A stretch of 64,000 bases of DNA, from the IMG/VR virus record IMGVR_UViG_3300007512_000011, positions 32,001-96,000 of that record; one strand, given 5' to 3'. Every line of letters begins with the position of its first letter. Positions within the stretch are counted from its first letter, which is position 1. The notes under the pieces are model-generated. The model saw only the letters and a list, made by a program, of their open reading frames with translations. It was not told where the DNA came from and did not search any database. The stretch is from a virus. Of this stretch, positions 59,913 through 64,000 are shown piece by piece. The translations under genes and the position numbers were made by a program.

Positions 59913-61397
59913 TTACTTTAATCCGGCTAGTTGTGCCCACCGGCTCACCTCAGATGCCTCAGATGTTTGGGCAGAAGCCCTCTTTGTTGCACGTGATGAT
60001 GATCCAAGAGTCCGTCTAACCGTTGACTCCGAGAGATTTTCCGACTTGACCGTCGAGAGTGATTCTGTCAGGCTCTTGTATAGCAACTTCACTTCTCTTA
60101 AGCTTCTTGCATTATCTAGCGACTCGATAATCGAGCGTCGCTGGTCTGTGGAGACCTTAGGATTCTGCAGCAGCTTATTTACGTAGAGTAGCTTAGCATT
60201 AAACAAGTTCAAGTCTGTCAACTGCTCACGAAGTGTTTCAACAGCACTTCTGTATTCATTGAGCTTTTCTGTAAGAGCTCGATTATGACGGCTCTTTTTC
60301 TGGAGCTCAGTACGGAGCTCCGATAAAACGTTAAGTTCTTGGTCAAGCGGATCGTTTCCAGCATCTCCGCCACCAAAATGTGATGCCATCGCTGAGGCAT
60401 CTCCTTCTGAAAGTTGCGACCGTAAGCGCTTCAGCTCAGCTGCAAGCATCTTCGGATCGATTTCATATACTTCTTCAAGGCCGGGAAGTTCTTCAGGAAG
60501 CTCTTCAACCGCTTCTGGTTCTTCTGGTTCTTCTGCCTCTTCCTCAGCTTCAACCTCACCTTCCTCTTCCTCTTCCTCTTCCACCACGGAGACAGTGGGC
60601 ATAAGGTCTTCGGGAAGCTCAAGATCACCGAGATCAATTTCTAGCTTAGCTTCATAGAGGCTCATGATCTCCTCAAGAGTCTCCTCAGATACATGGTAGC
60701 CTTCATCTTCTTCCTCTAGGGCATCTGAAGACTCTTCGACGGATTCACCCGCCACCTCTTCGCCGCCGAGGCCTGCTTCTTCCATTGCATCGTGCTGGGC
60801 TTCATCGAGGCCCATCGTCTCTGTCAGTTCGTCGAGATCTATCTCGTAAAGAATTTCATCTGGTTTTGACATTCCTGTGTTCTCCGTGTGTAGGTTGTCC
60901 TCAATATTTATTACGTCAGGGTCAAAAAAATCAGCCCCTTCATTAAATTTACTAGCTATCTGCAGCAGCTTTTGTCTATCTTCATCACTTAAACTAGAAA
61001 ATGACTCGCTGAGAGCGTCATTGAGAGCTCCCTCAGTAGATGATGATGAGAGAGCATTTGCTAACTCTTCTCCACCAATTAACTCAACTAGAGACTTTAA
61101 CGCACTTTCGTCTAGCGCAACACTTTCCTCATCCATTATTGGAAGAGGGTGGGTAACCTCGTCACTATCTTCATCTTGCATCGCGCCCTTAAGCACAGGA
61201 TCACTATCACTAGGTGTGTCATCTGAGCCATCACGGCTTCCTTCACCAATTAGCTGCTCTTCAATAAAGCTTCTAATTCTGGGCGTCACGGCCTCGATGA
61301 TTGCATTTTTCGCATTTTGTTCAGCTACCTGTCTGAGTGTCTTCGCCTCAGCGATAGCTTCGTCATAAAGTGACTTTGACATGGTTATCCCTCGCAT
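59913..61397 (-). CDS. Prohead core / scaffold protein
   Basis: Very acidic coiled-coil protein upstream of the capsid gene, with EAIA-x-AK-x-L, NL-x-NAKLLY-x-NKL and RW-x-x-LAGL. Start may be 61382. Confidence 0.75.
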   Translation of the reverse strand: MRGITMSKSLYDEAIAEAKTLRQVAEQNAKNAIIEAVTPRIRSFIEEQLIGEGSRDGSDDTPSDSDPVLKGAMQDEDSDEVTHPLPIMDEESVALDESALKSLVELIGGEELANALSSSSTEGALNDALSESFSSLSDEDRQKLLQIASKFNEGADFFDPDVINIEDNLHTENTGMSKPDEILYEIDLDELTETMGLDEAQHDAMEEAGLGGEEVAGESVEESSDALEEEDEGYHVSEETLEEIMSLYEAKLEIDLGDLELPEDLMPTVSVVEEEEEEEGEVEAEEEAEEPEEPEAVEELPEELPGLEEVYEIDPKMLAAELKRLRSQLSEGDASAMASHFGGGDAGNDPLDQELNVLSELRTELQKKSRHNRALTEKLNEYRSAVETLREQLTDLNLFNAKLLYVNKLLQNPKVSTDQRRSIIESLDNARSLREVKLLYKSLTESLSTVKSENLSESTVRRTLGSSSRATKRASAQTSEASEVSRWAQLAGLK

Positions 61398-61403
61398 GAT
61401 TAA

Positions 61404-62090
61404 TTATTCGGCGTCTTCGGAAATTGCATCATATTCATCACTAGATGCCTCATCGAAATCAAGATCAGCTAACAATCGCATAATTTTGACCCTCTGTCTT
61501 AAAATTGCTCTCTCATCATCATCCAAAATATCGTACAGTGAAAGAGCTGGCATAGTATCTTCTGGCTGGCCTAATGATAAAGGTGATCGTGATGTTCCGT
61601 ATTGGGTCCCTGTCCGTCTATAGGGACCAGTAGTTCTAAACGCTTGATTTGCATTTCCAGTGCCAAGAGGCGGACCATCGAAACCATTTGGGTATAGGAC
61701 TCTATTTGAAAATGGAGATATTGTATCAGATACTCGGGGAAGACGCTTCTCTGCCATGGGTGCCAGATCTAATCTCTGGTTTCTAACAAATGTTGCTCTA
61801 TCTGCACGTCTACTTGGATCGGATCTACGATAAATCTGGTTTACCTTAGTAACAAATGCATCTAAATCATCTAAGTCGCCAAATATCTCATCAAAGAACT
61901 CTTCTTGCTCCTCATCATCAAAATGATATTTTGGGGGCTCAGCATAAATTCCATGTGCACCAGTTAATGCCCTATCAGATCCCAGGCCTGTTCCAGTGCT
62001 AGGCAGCTTTCCCTTAAGTGTACCATAGCCGCCGCCCTGGTTAGCATCATAGCCTCCAGGATTATAGTAGTGATGCTTAAATGACATCAC
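61404..62090 (-). CDS. Hypothetical protein (head module)
   Basis: 228-aa ORF tightly packed in the head operon. Confidence 0.65.
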   Translation of the reverse strand: MMSFKHHYYNPGGYDANQGGGYGTLKGKLPSTGTGLGSDRALTGAHGIYAEPPKYHFDDEEQEEFFDEIFGDLDDLDAFVTKVNQIYRRSDPSRRADRATFVRNQRLDLAPMAEKRLPRVSDTISPFSNRVLYPNGFDGPPLGTGNANQAFRTTGPYRRTGTQYGTSRSPLSLGQPEDTMPALSLYDILDDDERAILRQRVKIMRLLADLDFDEASSDEYDAISEDAE

Positions 62091-62096
62091 TCACCT

Positions 62097-62600
62097 TCAA
62101 TTTCTACCGTCAGAACCCCTGAAGGATCGTCCTGAGATATAATCACCGATTTTTTGTGATGCTATCTGCTGTGACGTTTCGATGGGTGTTGTTTGTCCAC
62201 CTAACCCACTTCCAAACTCAACGCCGGCTTCAGGTAGCTCACCATCAAAAGGTGCTTGATCATTGGGAAAAATGCTTCCTGGTCCAGGTGATGTTGGGTT
62301 GGGAACAAAGGGAGAAGCTGGCAAACCATTACCGCCTGTTTTCACATCATTTAAATCAGGGACAGGATTTTGCTCTGTTCCCACAAAGTCACGATTAAAT
62401 GAGTTTAATCCAAGGCCGCTCTGGACGTTTCCATCCATTGCAAGCCTCTGATAGGTCAAGCGTCTCTCCTCATCCTTTATCTGATTACTATAGATCGGAG
62501 ATGCAGAAAATGATTTCTGGAGATTTTTTTCATTCCTTGCACCGAAAGGCTTATCATCTGGAGCAGCAGGATTGACTGTTATTTGTTTGACTTCTGCCAT
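62097..62600 (-). CDS. Hypothetical Pro/Gly-rich protein (head module)
   Basis: 167-aa ORF with a GGNGLPASPFVPNPTSPGPG segment. Confidence 0.65.
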   Translation of the reverse strand: MAEVKQITVNPAAPDDKPFGARNEKNLQKSFSASPIYSNQIKDEERRLTYQRLAMDGNVQSGLGLNSFNRDFVGTEQNPVPDLNDVKTGGNGLPASPFVPNPTSPGPGSIFPNDQAPFDGELPEAGVEFGSGLGGQTTPIETSQQIASQKIGDYISGRSFRGSDGRN

Positions 62601-62603
62601 TTA

Positions 62604-62861
62604 TTAGAGATCCTTTAAAATATCACTTTTCAAAGCTTCTCGAATCCTAACGATTCTTTCTAGCTGCTTTTTAAGATTAGACTCATGAATTCCTAGCTTT
62701 TTTGCATGATCAATCTTATGAGAAAGTGTGCTTGCTTGATCTGCTGCGTCAACCTCTTCTGCTTTCTCAGCTCCTGGAAGACCTGCTTCTTGCATCTTTT
62801 GTCTTTCCTCAAGAACGAGTTGTTTTAGAAGTTCTGGTGTTAATTTAGTTACATTAGACAT
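62604..62861 (-). CDS. Hypothetical small helical protein (possible prohead/internal protein)
   Basis: GAGGAG SD and N-terminal LTPELLKQLVLEE. Confidence 0.7.
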   Translation of the reverse strand: MSNVTKLTPELLKQLVLEERQKMQEAGLPGAEKAEEVDAADQASTLSHKIDHAKKLGIHESNLKKQLERIVRIREALKSDILKDL

Positions 62862-62929
62862 TGTGGGAAGCTCCTCTATTATGCGCAGTTATACATATTC
62901 CGCTAGTCTTAAATTGACGCTAAAAGCTT

Positions 62930-63403
62930 TTATCCCTTTTGGGATGACTCTGTAAATGCTAATGCTGCCCAATTAGTTGCTGACTCTGAAAAGAGTGCCA
63001 TGGGATCACTGCCTGCTACCTGTCTAGCTGCAGTATCTCCTGCTGCAGATGAGGCCATTGCTGTCCCGCCGGGTCCAACTCTTTCAACAGATGATTGTTC
63101 CTGCAGTGTTGTAAGAGCTGTGTCTGTAAGAATTGAAGCAAGAACAGGATCTTCAGTTATAGATTTTGCAGCATTCTGCGCGAGCTTTGCTTCTTGCAAT
63201 CTTTGACGTTTTGGGTTTTGAGGCTTCTTTCCAAACTCAATTTTATCAAGCGCAGACCCTCTACTCGGGGTAGAAGCACGAGAAGGATTCTTTCTCTCAG
63301 AAAGTGAAACACGATTTGTATCTGTATCAATTCCCTCCTGGAGAATCTCTACCAGACATTCCTTAACGATTCCTTTGAGAGCACTTCTTGAAATTGTTGA
63401 CAT
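62930..63403 (-). CDS. Hypothetical protein (possible prohead/internal protein)
   Basis: Start ATG 63403 overlaps the protease stop (TAATG). N-terminal LKGIVKECLVEILQE. Confidence 0.7.
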   Translation of the reverse strand: MSTISRSALKGIVKECLVEILQEGIDTDTNRVSLSERKNPSRASTPSRGSALDKIEFGKKPQNPKRQRLQEAKLAQNAAKSITEDPVLASILTDTALTTLQEQSSVERVGPGGTAMASSAAGDTAARQVAGSDPMALFSESATNWAALAFTESSQKG

Positions 63404-64000
63404 TATTCCTGCCAAGATAGGATTTCATTAAAGATCCTATCAATACGATCACTTCGAGTAAAAACCTTATCTAGCTCCTGCTTATTAACAACCTTTCCTT
63501 CTCTTAGCATGAAGGCACCTGGTGTTGAGGGTTCGCTAACCATGTCAAAGCATATCAGCTGAAAATCCTCTTGGACAACCTGGTTGTCTCCTTGACGGCG
63601 GGTGGACCCGACGCCCCTCGATGAAATTCCAAGGGTTACACCTGAGGACACTAAGCTCTGTAAGATCTTTCCGCTTGGAGTATCTAATAACTCGACAGTT
63701 CCTACAACAGCATCACCTTCCATTTTAGCATCTCTAATAATATGAGAAGCATTTTTTAATTCGACCACAGATGTATCAGGATGATCACACTCACCTAATG
63801 CCCTGTTCTCTTTAATAAACTTCTGGTAATTGAGAACTTCTCTTTCAAGAATTGCCCTAGGGTAAATTCTGCCATTTTGGTTAAGTGTATCTGCCTTCTG
63901 CAAAACACCCCGAAGAACTATTCTTCCTCCGTTTCTATCGATAGACTCCTGTATCATCTCAGCTGTGTATGAGAGCGGTGTCCACTCTGTTAAAAGTTTC
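63403..64000 (-). CDS. Prohead core protease (T4 gp21-like), 5' end outside the window
   Basis: N-x-NGRIYP, ALGECDHP, SH, TPSGKI, LGISSRGVGS and D-x-V-x-x-PSTPGA. The frame stays open to the window edge (KLLTEWTPLSYTAEM...). Confidence 0.95.
   Translation of the reverse strand, partial: KLLTEWTPLSYTAEMIQESIDRNGGRIVLRGVLQKADTLNQNGRIYPRAILEREVLNYQKFIKENRALGECDHPDTSVVELKNASHIIRDAKMEGDAVVGTVELLDTPSGKILQSLVSSGVTLGISSRGVGSTRRQGDNQVVQEDFQLICFDMVSEPSTPGAFMLREGKVVNKQELDKVFTRSDRIDRIFNEILSWQE

Overview
The window is a gene-dense fragment of a large contractile-tailed (myovirus-like, distantly T4-related) bacteriophage genome, using the standard genetic code. All genes but one are on the minus strand. 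In transcription order (right to left) it carries: (1) a head module with prohead protease (5'-truncated), small putative internal proteins, scaffold, gp23-like major capsid protein and a sulfotransferase; (2) a neck/tail module with gp13/gp14/gp15-like proteins, two tandem >1000-aa tail sheaths, tube, a chaperone pair joined by a T8 slippery site, tape measure and baseplate proteins; (3) a replication module with a short divergent PolA, a degenerate HD protein, gp32-like SSB, RecA/UvsX, 5'-3' exonuclease, DnaB/gp41 helicase and class II ribonucleotide reductase; (4) ClpP, acyl-CoA thioesterase and an amidase endolysin; (5) three highly repetitive Ser/Gly/Thr-rich fibre-like proteins; (6) a nucleotide-metabolism and base-excision cluster with an MBD4-like glycosylase, metallophosphoesterase, zinc-less Fpg/Nei, two dUTPase/dCTPase-like domains, HAD nucleotidase, divergent ThyX and an NDT-family N-glycosidase; (7) DnaJ, DnaK and a 3'-truncated DnaE. 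The strongest novel-system candidates are the pyrimidine-modification plus MBD4-repair cluster, a possible virion glycosylation/sulfation system (S/T-G-S motifs plus sulfotransferase), a +1/-2 tail-chaperone frameshift, and an ATAnnTA late-promoter class partly embedded in start-codon-sequestering hairpins. All assignments come from motif recognition by eye; no searches were run.
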